NCBI GenBank assembly: GCA_963805975.1
Contig: CAWDVR010000005.1
Span: forward strand, 64,001 to 128,000
Source of the DNA: an uncultured Acidobacteriota bacterium
Lineage (GTDB): Bacteria > Acidobacteriota > Thermoanaerobaculia > Multivoradales > SZUA-115
Direction: 5' to 3'
Length of the DNA: 64,000 nt
Positions 40,581 through 49,568 of this stretch are shown here, piece after piece. The first letter of the stretch is position 1. Each line of letters opens with the position of its first letter. Position numbers and translations under genes: made by a program. The notes below the pieces were generated by a model. The model saw only the letters and a list, made by a program, of their open reading frames with translations, made no database searches and was not told the origin of the DNA.

Positions 40581-41978
40581 ATGGCGACGGCTACAGAAGA
40601 CGTGCTCGCGCGCATCGACCGCGAGAAGGCCGGTTATCTCGAGGAGCTCAAGGAGTACCTGCGGATCCCGTCGATCTCGACCGATCCGGCGTATGCGGGC
40701 GAGGTGCGGCGGGCGAGCGACTTCGTGCTCGAGCGCATGAAAGAGGCCGGCCTCACCGCCGAGCGGATCGAGACCGCCGGTCACCCGCTGATCTACGCCG
40801 AATGGCTCGGCGCCCCCGGCAAGCCGACCCTCCTCTTCTACGGCCACTACGACGTGCAGCCGGCCGATCCGTTGGAGCTGTGGAAACACCCTCCCTTCGA
40901 GCCCACGGTCGAGGGTGACCTGCTCTTCGCCCGCGGCGCCACGGATGACAAGGGCCAGTCCTACGCCCACGTGAAAGCCGTCGCCGCCATGCTCGCCGAG
41001 CGCGGCGCCCTGCCGGTCAACGTCAAGTTCCTGCTCGAGGGCGAGGAAGAAGCCGGCGGCGCGGCGATCGACATCTTCGTCAAGGAGGATGCCGGAAGGC
41101 GTCTGGCGTGCGACTTGGTGGTGGTCTCCGACAGCTCGATGTACGCGCCTGGCCAGCCCTCGCTCCTCTACGGCTTGAAGGGCCTCTGCTACATGGAGCT
41201 CAAGGTCACGGGCCCGAACCGCGACCTCCATTCCGGCACCTTCGGCGGCGCGGTCGCCAACCCCGCGAACGCGCTCTGCCAGATCATCGCCCGGCTCCGC
41301 GACCCGGAGACCGGCCGCATCCAGATCCCCGGCTTCTACGAAGACGCGCGCACCCTCGAGTCCTGGGAGCGCGAGGAGTTCGCCCGCCTGCCCTTCGACG
41401 AGGAGGAGTACAAGCACGGCCTCGGCATCGAGGCGGTCTTCGGCGAGGAGTACTACACCACCCTCGAGCGGAGCTGGGCACGGCCCACCTGCGACGTCAA
41501 TGGCATCTACGGCGGCTACCAGGGCGCCGGCGCCAAGACCGTGCTGCCCTCGTGGGCCGGCGCCAAGGTCTCCATGCGCCTGGTCCCGGACCAGACCCCG
41601 GCCAAGATCGCCGAGCGCTTCACCCGCTTCGTTCAAGAGGTGAAGCCACCCGGCGTCACCGTCGAGGTGCAGTATCTCCACGGCGCCGAGGCGGTGCTGA
41701 TCGACACCAGCGGCCCGCTGGTCGACGCCGCGATGCAGGCCCTCGAGGACGTCTGGGGCAAGCGCCCGGTGCGGGTGCGCGAGGGGGGCTCGATCCCCAT
41801 CGTCTCCACCTTCGGCCGCGTGCTCAGGGTGCCGGTGGCGCTGATGGGCTTCGGGCTTTCCGACGACAATCTCCATTCGCCGAACGAGAAGTTCAACCTG
41901 AGCCACTTCTACAACGGGGTTCGCACGGTGGCCCGCCTGCTCGATCTGGCGGCGGAGGAGAGTGCGGGAAGAGCATGA
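40581..41978 (+). CDS. M20 family dipeptidase
   Basis: YGHYDVQP, RGATDDKG, EGEEE, DLHSG, GGSIP, HSPNE. Confidence 0.92.
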   Translation: MATATEDVLARIDREKAGYLEELKEYLRIPSISTDPAYAGEVRRASDFVLERMKEAGLTAERIETAGHPLIYAEWLGAPGKPTLLFYGHYDVQPADPLELWKHPPFEPTVEGDLLFARGATDDKGQSYAHVKAVAAMLAERGALPVNVKFLLEGEEEAGGAAIDIFVKEDAGRRLACDLVVVSDSSMYAPGQPSLLYGLKGLCYMELKVTGPNRDLHSGTFGGAVANPANALCQIIARLRDPETGRIQIPGFYEDARTLESWEREEFARLPFDEEEYKHGLGIEAVFGEEYYTTLERSWARPTCDVNGIYGGYQGAGAKTVLPSWAGAKVSMRLVPDQTPAKIAERFTRFVQEVKPPGVTVEVQYLHGAEAVLIDTSGPLVDAAMQALEDVWGKRPVRVREGGSIPIVSTFGRVLRVPVALMGFGLSDDNLHSPNEKFNLSHFYNGVRTVARLLDLAAEESAGRA

Positions 41979-42541
41979 GCACCAGGGATAGCTACGAGCG
42001 AGAGATCAAGTTCAGAGACGTCGAGCATGCGCGGCTCCGAGACCGATTGATGGACCTCGAGGCCGAGCGCCGCGCGCCCGCCTCCTTCGAGGACAACTGG
42101 CTGCTCGACAAGGACCGCGAGCTCGAGTCCGCCGACTGCCTGCTGCGCCTGCGGATCGACGGCCGCGGCGCCGCGCTGACCTTCAAGGGGCCGGCCCACT
42201 TCGAGGGCCGCATGAAGCTGCGCGAGGAGCACGAGACCGCGGTCGACAACCCCGAGGCGGCCCGTACTCTCCTCGAGCGGCTGGGCTTCAACGCCGTGCG
42301 CCGCTACCAGAAAGTGCGCGAGGAGTGGCAGATCGGAGGGGTGACCATCGCCCTCGACCACACGCCGATCGGCGACTTCGCGGAGTTCGAGGGGGAGGGG
42401 GCGGACACCGTGGCGCGGCGCTGCGGCTTCGACCTCGACAAGGCCGAGCGGCGGACCTACATGCGCCTCTACGACGAGTACTTCCGCGAGCACCCGGACG
42501 CCCCGCCGGACATGGTGTTCCCCGAAGAGGCCCCGCGCTAG
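41975..42541 (+). CDS. CYTH-domain protein (class IV adenylate cyclase-like)
   Basis: EREIKF, LLRLR, LTFKGP, REE.ET, YQKVRE, F.E.EG. Confidence 0.88.
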   Translation: MSTRDSYEREIKFRDVEHARLRDRLMDLEAERRAPASFEDNWLLDKDRELESADCLLRLRIDGRGAALTFKGPAHFEGRMKLREEHETAVDNPEAARTLLERLGFNAVRRYQKVREEWQIGGVTIALDHTPIGDFAEFEGEGADTVARRCGFDLDKAERRTYMRLYDEYFREHPDAPPDMVFPEEAPR

Positions 42542-42559
42542 GCGCCAGGACCCTGCATC

Positions 42560-43549
42560 GTGGCGGCCTCCCGCCTGCGCGCGCTCGTTCTGGCTGCCGG
42601 CCTGGGCACCCGCCTCCGGCCGCTGACGCTCGAGGTTCCCAAGCCGTTGCTGCCGGTCCTCGGGCGGCCGCTCGTCGCCTCGACGCTCGACCGCCTGGCG
42701 GCGCTCGGCTGCGAGCTCACGGCGCTCAACCTGCACCACCTGGGGGAGTCGATCCCCGCGGCGCTCGGCAGCGCCTACCGCGGCATGTCGCTCGTCTACT
42801 CTCGCGAGCCCGAGATCCTGGGCACTCTCGGGGCGCTGGCGCCGCTCGCGGAGCAGCTTTGCGAAGCGGAGGTCGTGCTGATCGTCAACGGCGACAGCCT
42901 CTGCGAGTGGCCGCTCGCGGAGCTCGCGACCGACCATCGGGAGAGCGGCGCCGCGGCCACTCTCCTGCTGTCGGAGAGCGCGGACCCCGCGGCCTTCGGC
43001 GGTGGGGTGGGCCTCACCGCGGACGGGCGGATCGTCAGCTTCCGGCCGGGGGGCACGGAACGGGAGCCGCCGGCACGACGCCTGGTCTTTGCCGGCGCCC
43101 ACGCCCTCTCGCCGGCGCTCCTCTCCCGGGCGCCGTCCCGTCCCGCCGACATCGTGCGCGAGCTCTACGAGCCGCTCCTCGCCGAGGGCGGCCTGATCCG
43201 CGGCCTGCCCACCGCCCGGAGCTGGCACGACCTCGGCACGCCGCGCCGCTACCTCGAGGCGGTGCTCGGCCGGCTCGAAGCGGAGCGCGAGCGCCAGTGG
43301 GTCGCGGCCGACGCCCGGGTCGAGAGCTCGGCGTATCTAGAGAGAAGCGTGGTCGAGACCGGCGCCACGGTAGAAGCCGGCGCCCGGCTCTCCCGCTCGC
43401 TCGTCCTGCCGGGGGCCCGCGTGGGCCGCGGCGCGCGGGTCGCCGGCTCGATCCTCGGCTTCGGCGTCGAGGTGCCGGCGGGCGCCACCGTCGAGGACGA
43501 GCTGCTGGCCGGCCGCGGCGAGGCCCTCGACCGCCGCCCGATCGGCTGA
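42560..43549 (+). CDS. NDP-sugar pyrophosphorylase-family nucleotidyltransferase
   Basis: LAAGLGTRLRPLT...PKPL, E.LGT.G, NGD, W.DLGT, and a C-terminal hexapeptide repeat region. Confidence 0.88.
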   Translation: MAASRLRALVLAAGLGTRLRPLTLEVPKPLLPVLGRPLVASTLDRLAALGCELTALNLHHLGESIPAALGSAYRGMSLVYSREPEILGTLGALAPLAEQLCEAEVVLIVNGDSLCEWPLAELATDHRESGAAATLLLSESADPAAFGGGVGLTADGRIVSFRPGGTEREPPARRLVFAGAHALSPALLSRAPSRPADIVRELYEPLLAEGGLIRGLPTARSWHDLGTPRRYLEAVLGRLEAERERQWVAADARVESSAYLERSVVETGATVEAGARLSRSLVLPGARVGRGARVAGSILGFGVEVPAGATVEDELLAGRGEALDRRPIG

Positions 43550-43600
43550 GATAGGATTCGCGGGTCCGTAGCCGCCACAAGACCCCCCGAGAGATCGACC

Positions 43601-44272
43601 GTGCCAGGCCGCCCCTTCGACCTTCTGGTCTTCGACTGGGACGGCACGCTGATGGACTCCGTGGCCTCGATCGTCGGCTGCATGCAGCAGGCGGCGTTCG
43701 ACCTCGGGCTCCCTCCCGTGGACGAGGCGACGGCCCGCCACACCATAGGCATGGACCTGCGCCAGGCGATGCGGGACCTCGGCTTCGCGGGTGACGAGCT
43801 GCTCTGGGACCGGCTCGTCGAGCGCTACCGCCACCACTGGACGACGACTTTCCACGACCGCCACCAGCTCTTCGACGGCGTCGCCGCGATGCTCGACGCG
43901 TTGGCCGACCGCGGCTACCTGCTGGCGGTCGCCACCGGCAAGAGCCGCCGCGGCCTCGACCGCGACCTCGCGTCGACCGGCCTGGCCCACCGCTTCCAGG
44001 CCACGCGCACGGCCGACGAGGCCAGCTCCAAGCCCCATCCGCAGATGCTCTTCGATCTGCTGGGGAAGCTCGGCGTGCCGGCGCACGGCGCGCTGGTCAT
44101 CGGCGATACGACCTTCGACCTCGACATGGCCACCAACGCCGGCTCTCCCGCGGTGGCGATCGCGAGCGGCTCGCACCCGGTCGCCGAGCTTTGCCAGGCA
44201 CGGCCCCTCGCCTGTCTCGACCACATCAGTCACCTCCTGCCCTGGCTGGAAGAACGGAGCCTCGCACCATGA
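43601..44272 (+). CDS. HAD-IA family hydrolase (phosphoglycolate phosphatase-like)
   Basis: FDWDGTLMDS, VATGK, SKPHP, IGDT.FD. Confidence 0.9.
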   Translation: MPGRPFDLLVFDWDGTLMDSVASIVGCMQQAAFDLGLPPVDEATARHTIGMDLRQAMRDLGFAGDELLWDRLVERYRHHWTTTFHDRHQLFDGVAAMLDALADRGYLLAVATGKSRRGLDRDLASTGLAHRFQATRTADEASSKPHPQMLFDLLGKLGVPAHGALVIGDTTFDLDMATNAGSPAVAIASGSHPVAELCQARPLACLDHISHLLPWLEERSLAP

Positions 44273-45378
44273 GCACTCAGGACGACCTGACCGCAAGCCT
44301 GGCGCGCTGGGACGGCATCGGCATCGTGGTTCGCCACGACCCGGCGACCGGCGCCTGGATCTTCATCGCGCTCCACGACGACACGCTGGGGCCGCCGACC
44401 GGCGGTACGCGCATGAAGGTCTATTCCTCGCCCGGCCAAGCGCTCGAGGACGCCAAGCGCCTGGCCGCGGGCATGACCGCGAAGTTCGCGGCGATCGAGT
44501 TTCCGTTCGGCGGCGCCAAGGCGGTGCTCGCGGTGCCGCGACCGCTCGTGGGCGCGGAGCGCCGCGGCCTGCTCGCCCGCTACGGCCGCCTCATCGCCGC
44601 GCTCCACGGCGGCTTCGGCACCGGCCCGGACCTCGGCACCACGGCCGAGGACATGCAGGAGATCGCCGCCGCCGCCGGCCCCTACGTCCACGGCTTCGAC
44701 CCCGCGACCGGCCGGCTGACCAACGCCGGCCCCTATACGGCGCGCGGCGTCTTCGCCGCCATCCTCGCCGCTCTGAGGCACCGCTTCGGCAGCGACGAGC
44801 TGGCCGGCCGCAGGATCCTGATCGAGGGCGTGGGGGCGGTGGGCGTGCCGCTCGCCCGCCAGCTCGCCGCCGGCGGCGCCGAGCTGCTGCTGGCCGACCT
44901 CGATCGCGCCGCCGCCGACCGGCTGGCGGGCGAGACCGGCGGCCGGGTGATCGCCACCGAGGCCGTCTCGGGCACGGCGTGCGACGTGTACGCGCCCTGC
45001 GCGGTGGGCGCCACGCTCAGCGCCCGCACCATCCCGCTCCTCGCCTGCGCCATCGTCGCCGGCTCGGCCAACAACCAGCTCGAGGAGGAAGCCGACGCCC
45101 TCCGCCTGCACGCGCGCGGCATCCTCTACGCTCCCGACTACGTGGCCAACGCCGGCGGCGCCATCGGCTTCGGCATGCTCGGCCGCGGCGCATCGGAAAC
45201 CGAGATCGAGGCGCGCCTGGCCGGGGTCGGTGACAGCCTGACGGAGATCTTCGCCGAGGCGGCAGAGCGCCAGGAGACGCCGCTCCTGGCGGCGGCGCGC
45301 CGGGTCGAGCGGGTGCTGGCCCAGGCACGGGCGAAGCGTGAAGCGCGGGCCGAGCAGGAGGCGCCGGTGGCCGTGTGA
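44269..45378 (+). CDS. Glu/Leu/Phe/Val dehydrogenase (leucine dehydrogenase-like)
   Basis: LGP..GGTR, MTAK, GGAKAV, GVGAVG, PCAVG, GSANNQL, PDYVANAGG. Confidence 0.9.
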   Translation: MSTQDDLTASLARWDGIGIVVRHDPATGAWIFIALHDDTLGPPTGGTRMKVYSSPGQALEDAKRLAAGMTAKFAAIEFPFGGAKAVLAVPRPLVGAERRGLLARYGRLIAALHGGFGTGPDLGTTAEDMQEIAAAAGPYVHGFDPATGRLTNAGPYTARGVFAAILAALRHRFGSDELAGRRILIEGVGAVGVPLARQLAAGGAELLLADLDRAAADRLAGETGGRVIATEAVSGTACDVYAPCAVGATLSARTIPLLACAIVAGSANNQLEEEADALRLHARGILYAPDYVANAGGAIGFGMLGRGASETEIEARLAGVGDSLTEIFAEAAERQETPLLAAARRVERVLAQARAKREARAEQEAPVAV

Positions 45379-45382
45379 GCGC

Positions 45383-45904
45383 TCAGCCCGCGCGCACGAT
45401 GCCGTAGACGAGAAGGTCCAGAACCGCGCCGTTCTTGACCGCGGCGCGGAGCATCCGCCCCTCGTAGCGGTAGCCGGCCTTTTCCAGCACCCGAGCCGAG
45501 GCCGGGTTGGTGTCGAAGACCCAGGCGCCGAGGCGCAGCAGATCGAAGCTCTCGAAGGCGTAGGCGGTCATCGCCGCCACGGCGCGAGTGGCGATGCCGC
45601 GGCCCCAGAACGGCTCGCCCAGCCAGTAGCCGATCTCGGCGCTCTTGCGGTGGATGTCCTCGCCCGGGATGATGCCGATGCCGCCGATCGCCTCCGTCGC
45701 GGAGGCAATGGCGAAGTTCACGATCGGCTCTTTCTGGTCGCTGGCGCGGTCGACCCACTCGCGCGCGGCGGCCGGCGTGTAGGGATGGGGAAAGCGGTCC
45801 CGCAGGTTGGCCGCCACCCGCGGATCGTTGGCGTACTTCACCAGCGCCGGCTCGTCCCCCCGCCGCCAGGCGCGAAGGCAGTGATCGCCGAAGGGGATTT
45901 CCAT
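45383..45904 (-). CDS. RimJ/RimL-type GNAT N-acetyltransferase
   Basis: LRDRFPHPYT, AEIGYWLGEPFWGRGIAT, NPASARVLEKAGY. Confidence 0.9.
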   Translation of the reverse strand: MEIPFGDHCLRAWRRGDEPALVKYANDPRVAANLRDRFPHPYTPAAAREWVDRASDQKEPIVNFAIASATEAIGGIGIIPGEDIHRKSAEIGYWLGEPFWGRGIATRAVAAMTAYAFESFDLLRLGAWVFDTNPASARVLEKAGYRYEGRMLRAAVKNGAVLDLLVYGIVRAG

Positions 45905-45906
45905 TC

Positions 45907-47103
45907 TCACTCCGCGAGCGCGCCGAACACTTCTCCTACCTGCTCCCAGCCGACGCGCATCAGGAAGGTGTTGTTGCGGCCGTAGGACTTGCTGCCGAGG
46001 ATGAAGAAGCCGGGCTCGGGGTTGGCGAGCGTGTCCGCGCCGTGGCTGGTTTGCGCCAGGCAGTCGCCGCCATCTGCTGCGCCCAGGAGCGCGGCCGAGA
46101 GCTTCATGGGCGCGGCGAAGGCGTAGCACTCGTGGACCTGGAGCTGGCGGTAGAGGGAGGAGTCGCCGACCGAGCCGGTCAGCGAGAGGACGCGGTCCAC
46201 CACCACCGTGGAGGTGCCGCCCTCCGCGAGGCGCAGCGTCACCCGGATCTTGTCTCCCTCGCGCTCCAGGCTCTCGACGGCCGCGGAGCGGTGCATCTCG
46301 ACGGCGGGCGAGGCACCCGCCACGAGCTCCCCGGAGCGTCGCGCGAGACCCGCGCGCTCGGGGAGCGGATCGTCCTCCGCCGTGCCCCGGCACGGGTCGC
46401 CTTCGCGCACCGCCCACACGACGCGGGTGCCCGGCTCCCGGGTCGCCAGCTCCGCCAGGTCGCGCGCCGCGGTCTGCGCCGAGTGGCCGGCTCCGGCCAG
46501 GAGGACGGTCCTGCCCGCGAAGTCGCCGGCCTCTCGCGACAGGTCCGGGATGCGGCGGCCGATCCGCTCGCCGAGGCTCGTCTCGCCGGGGGCCGGGATG
46601 CCGCCGTCGCCCAAGCTGTTGGGCACGCCGTAGGAGCCCGTGCAATCGAGAACGACATCGGCCTCCTCGATCTGCTCCCGGCCGTCCCGCTCGATCAGCA
46701 GCCGGAACGGGCGCCGTGCCCGCTCGGGCGAGGAGATCTCCTCGTGCTTCAAGAGCCCCCGTCTGCCGATGCCCAGGACGCGCGACGAGAACCGGAGGTG
46801 GGGCGCGATCTGCGGCAAAGCGGCGATCGCTTCGAGCAGCTCGCGGCGCAGCTCGGCGCCGGTCGGGCAGAGGTCTCCGTCCGGCACTTCGCGCCCGGCG
46901 GCCTCGAGCGCCCGGCGGGCGCGCGGCGAGACGTTCATCGACCAGGGCGTGAACAGCCGCACGTGTCCCCAGTCGGCGACGTGGACGGCGATCTCCGGGG
47001 CCGCCTCGTAGACGGCGAAGGAGTAGCCCGCCTCGGCGGCGGCGAGGGCGGCTTCGAGGCCGGTCGGGCCGGAGCCCAGGATGGCGACGTGGCGGACATT
47101 CAT
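45907..47103 (-). CDS. FAD/NAD(P)-dependent oxidoreductase (flavin monooxygenase-like)
   Basis: GSGPTG, WGHVRLFTPW, GAGHSA, LQVHECY, EPGFFILGSKSYGR..TFL...G.EQV. Start ATG 47103 within the longer ORF. Confidence 0.85.
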   Translation of the reverse strand: MNVRHVAILGSGPTGLEAALAAAEAGYSFAVYEAAPEIAVHVADWGHVRLFTPWSMNVSPRARRALEAAGREVPDGDLCPTGAELRRELLEAIAALPQIAPHLRFSSRVLGIGRRGLLKHEEISSPERARRPFRLLIERDGREQIEEADVVLDCTGSYGVPNSLGDGGIPAPGETSLGERIGRRIPDLSREAGDFAGRTVLLAGAGHSAQTAARDLAELATREPGTRVVWAVREGDPCRGTAEDDPLPERAGLARRSGELVAGASPAVEMHRSAAVESLEREGDKIRVTLRLAEGGTSTVVVDRVLSLTGSVGDSSLYRQLQVHECYAFAAPMKLSAALLGAADGGDCLAQTSHGADTLANPEPGFFILGSKSYGRNNTFLMRVGWEQVGEVFGALAE

Positions 47104-47131
47104 CACCGGCTCTCCAGTTCGAGCAGGAAGT

Positions 47132-48139
47132 CTAGAACTTCGACGCCGCCCGTTCCTTGGGCGGCAGGATCTCGAGGCAGGTGGTCCACCAGCCGGTCTC
47201 GACGGTCTCGATGAACTCCGCCGGCAGCCCTTCGCTCGCCATCTCGGCGGCAAGGGCCTGGTGATCGTAGACCAACGGCTCGAGCGCGACCCGCAGGCCG
47301 CCCGCGCCGGCATCGAGCACGGCGTACCAGACCTCGGTACGCCCGTCGTTGGCCGGCCGGCCGAGCGCTCCCACGTTGACCACGTCGGCGCCCGAGGGCA
47401 GGCGCCGGTGCCAGTGGAGCCCGGTGTGGGTGCAGAGGATGCCATGGCAGCGGCCCTGCGCCACCAGCCCTTCCAGGAAGGCGACCGGCGAGGTCGAGCG
47501 GAACAGGAACTCGTTGACCCGGCGGGGCGAGCCGTGCACCAGGAGCAGCTCGCGGTCCCCCACCCGCACGCGGCGCCGCCCGGGGAGCGTGCCCATGAAG
47601 GCCTTGAAATCGGGCGCCGTGTGGCGCTCGGTGTAGCCGTAGGAGAGGGCCGCGAAGTGATTGTCGCGCGGGTCGGTGTAGCCGCAGGCGCAGTCGGTGG
47701 CGCCGGAGGCGAGGGACGCCTCGTAGTTGCCCTGGATCGACAGCACCCCGCCCTGTTCGAGGAGCGGCCGGACCCTGTTCGGATGCGGGCCGAACCCGCC
47801 GAAGTCCCCCAGGCAGTAGACGGCCTCGGCCTCGAGCCGCGACGCTGCTTCGAGCAGCGCCGCGAGCGCGTGGTGGTTGTTGTAGATACCGCCGAAGACC
47901 ACGATCCGCCTGTACGGCCCCTCGACCTCGACGCCGTCGTCGCTCGGGACCAGGAAGCGGCTGGTGGCCCCGAGGCGCTCGTCCAGCGAGAGAGTGTGCC
48001 CGGCCTGGGCGGCGGCGTGCCGAAACTCGGCGAGCGGCACCAGGCGCTCGCCCCAGGTGGCGAGGCCCCGGTGCGCGCTGAGCTTGGCGCGCGCCCGGCG
48101 CGCCGTCTCGTCGTGGTCCCCCGGGGTCCGAGTCGACAT
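47132..48139 (-). CDS. calcineurin-like metallophosphoesterase-fold protein with degenerate metal motifs
   Basis: FGGIYNN, CLGD..GFGP, QGNYE, DCACGY, HGSP, CTHTG, NVG..GRP.ND, WWTTCLE. Confidence 0.8.
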   Translation of the reverse strand: MSTRTPGDHDETARRARAKLSAHRGLATWGERLVPLAEFRHAAAQAGHTLSLDERLGATSRFLVPSDDGVEVEGPYRRIVVFGGIYNNHHALAALLEAASRLEAEAVYCLGDFGGFGPHPNRVRPLLEQGGVLSIQGNYEASLASGATDCACGYTDPRDNHFAALSYGYTERHTAPDFKAFMGTLPGRRRVRVGDRELLLVHGSPRRVNEFLFRSTSPVAFLEGLVAQGRCHGILCTHTGLHWHRRLPSGADVVNVGALGRPANDGRTEVWYAVLDAGAGGLRVALEPLVYDHQALAAEMASEGLPAEFIETVETGWWTTCLEILPPKERAASKF

Positions 48140-48143
48140 CGCT

Positions 48144-49046
48144 CTAGGTCCGGCAGGAGACGCCGTAGACGTGGCAGGTCCAACAAGCGGCATGCCGCAG
48201 TGGGAAGGGGCCGAGCGTATCGGCCAGGGCCTCGCCCATGCGGCCCTCGGGCTCGTTGACCAGGATCGGGCACACCCACACGCCCTGGTCCGTCACCATG
48301 CGGCAGGAAGAGCACTGGAGATGGTCCCAGCTTCCGTCCGCCCCGCTGCCTGAAAAGGCGTCGGCCTCCGTGAGACGCTGCCAGCCCTCGTAGGCACCCG
48401 CGCGCTCGGCCTCGGCGCCGAGGCGGAACACCGGCAGGAGCTTGAGGCGCGGCTTCTCGAGGCCGAGGCTTCGCAGCAGCTCGAAGAACCGCTCGCGGCC
48501 CGCCGGCGAGGCGTTCTCCGCATGCACCTCGGTGACGGTGAGGACCGGGTTCAGGCCCGCGGCCGCCAGGTTCGCGACCCCTTGCAGGACGCGCGCGAAG
48601 GTCCCCTCGCCGCGGATCGGGTCGTTGCTCTCCGGCGTCAACCCGTCGAGCGAAACGCGCAGGTCGAGCGAGTATTCGGCGGCCTCGGCCAGGGCCGCCA
48701 GGCGGCGGCAGCGCGCCGGATCGAGCAGCAGCCCGTTGGTGAGCACGCTGGCCGGGCCCACCGCCAGGGTGGCTTCGAGGATGGTTTCCATCTGCGGGTT
48801 GAGGAAGGGCTCGCCGCCCGTGAAGTAGTACTCCTTGACACCCAGGGCCACGGCCTCGGCGAGGTAGCGCTCGACCTCCGCCAGGCTCATCAGCTCGTGG
48901 GTATGGTTGGTGGGCGAGCAGGAGATGAAGCAGTGGGTGCAGGCCAGGTTGCACACCGTGCCGCCGACTTGGAACCACAGCGTGTCGAGCGCGCGCAACT
49001 GCACCGCCGGGACGATGTCGGGAGCGCTGGCAGGGCTGGGCGGCAT
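48144..49046 (-). CDS. radical SAM protein (ArsS-like N-terminus) with Cys-rich C-terminus
   Basis: LDTLWFQVGGTVCNLACTHC, FTGGEP, LTNG, SLDG, and C-terminal CSSC..VCP..CWTC...SC. Confidence 0.88.
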   Translation of the reverse strand: MPPSPASAPDIVPAVQLRALDTLWFQVGGTVCNLACTHCFISCSPTNHTHELMSLAEVERYLAEAVALGVKEYYFTGGEPFLNPQMETILEATLAVGPASVLTNGLLLDPARCRRLAALAEAAEYSLDLRVSLDGLTPESNDPIRGEGTFARVLQGVANLAAAGLNPVLTVTEVHAENASPAGRERFFELLRSLGLEKPRLKLLPVFRLGAEAERAGAYEGWQRLTEADAFSGSGADGSWDHLQCSSCRMVTDQGVWVCPILVNEPEGRMGEALADTLGPFPLRHAACWTCHVYGVSCRT

Positions 49047-49148
49047 GGCAGGCTGGGCGCGCGAGCTGGGATCGGCGAAGTATACGAGGCGGCTCGACGG
49101 AGAGATCACGCCGCCGGACCCCCGCTGCCGCCGCGCTATCATGCGCCC

Positions 49149-49568
49149 GTGTTCCGCTACCTCGTGCTCTCGATCACTCTCCTGGTGCTGGCGATGGCGG
49201 CCTTCGCCTTCACGCTCGACGCTCTGGGCCAGCTGCCGCACACCGCCGAAGTGGACCTCTCGTTCGGGGTCGGCCACCTGCCGCCCAAGACCGTGCTCGG
49301 GATCTGGCTGCTGGAAGCGGCGGGGTTGTCGGCGCTCCTGCTCCTCGTGCAGGGGCGCATGGCTGCCTGGTGGCTCGACGGGCTGATGGCCGGCTGGGTG
49401 GCGTGGGTGTTCCGCGGCCCGCTCCTGGTGCTCACCGCGACCGGCGCCGCGGGCCTCGACCCCGCCCCCTTCTGGGCCATGGCCTGGCGCTGGCTGGTGC
49501 TCTACAGCCTGTGCGGCATCCTCGCCGCCGCGGTGGCGAGGGGCGGCAGGCTGGAGCGACCGCCTTGA
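49149..49568 (+). CDS. hypothetical 4-TM membrane protein heading the PKS cluster
   Basis: Hydrophobic ORF from GTG 49149. Its stop overlaps the TTG start of the PKS. Confidence 0.65.
   Translation: MFRYLVLSITLLVLAMAAFAFTLDALGQLPHTAEVDLSFGVGHLPPKTVLGIWLLEAAGLSALLLLVQGRMAAWWLDGLMAGWVAWVFRGPLLVLTATGAAGLDPAPFWAMAWRWLVLYSLCGILAAAVARGGRLERPP

Noticed and set aside
45907-48978. Apparent 1023-aa fusion protein
   Set aside because: Only the part from ATG 47103 is protein-like. The upstream part overlaps the phosphoesterase and radical SAM genes in another frame.
45907-49046. Selenocysteine read-through in the Cys-rich operon
   Set aside because: No in-frame TGA occurs at Cys-equivalent positions. 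The radical SAM and phosphoesterase genes end in TAG.
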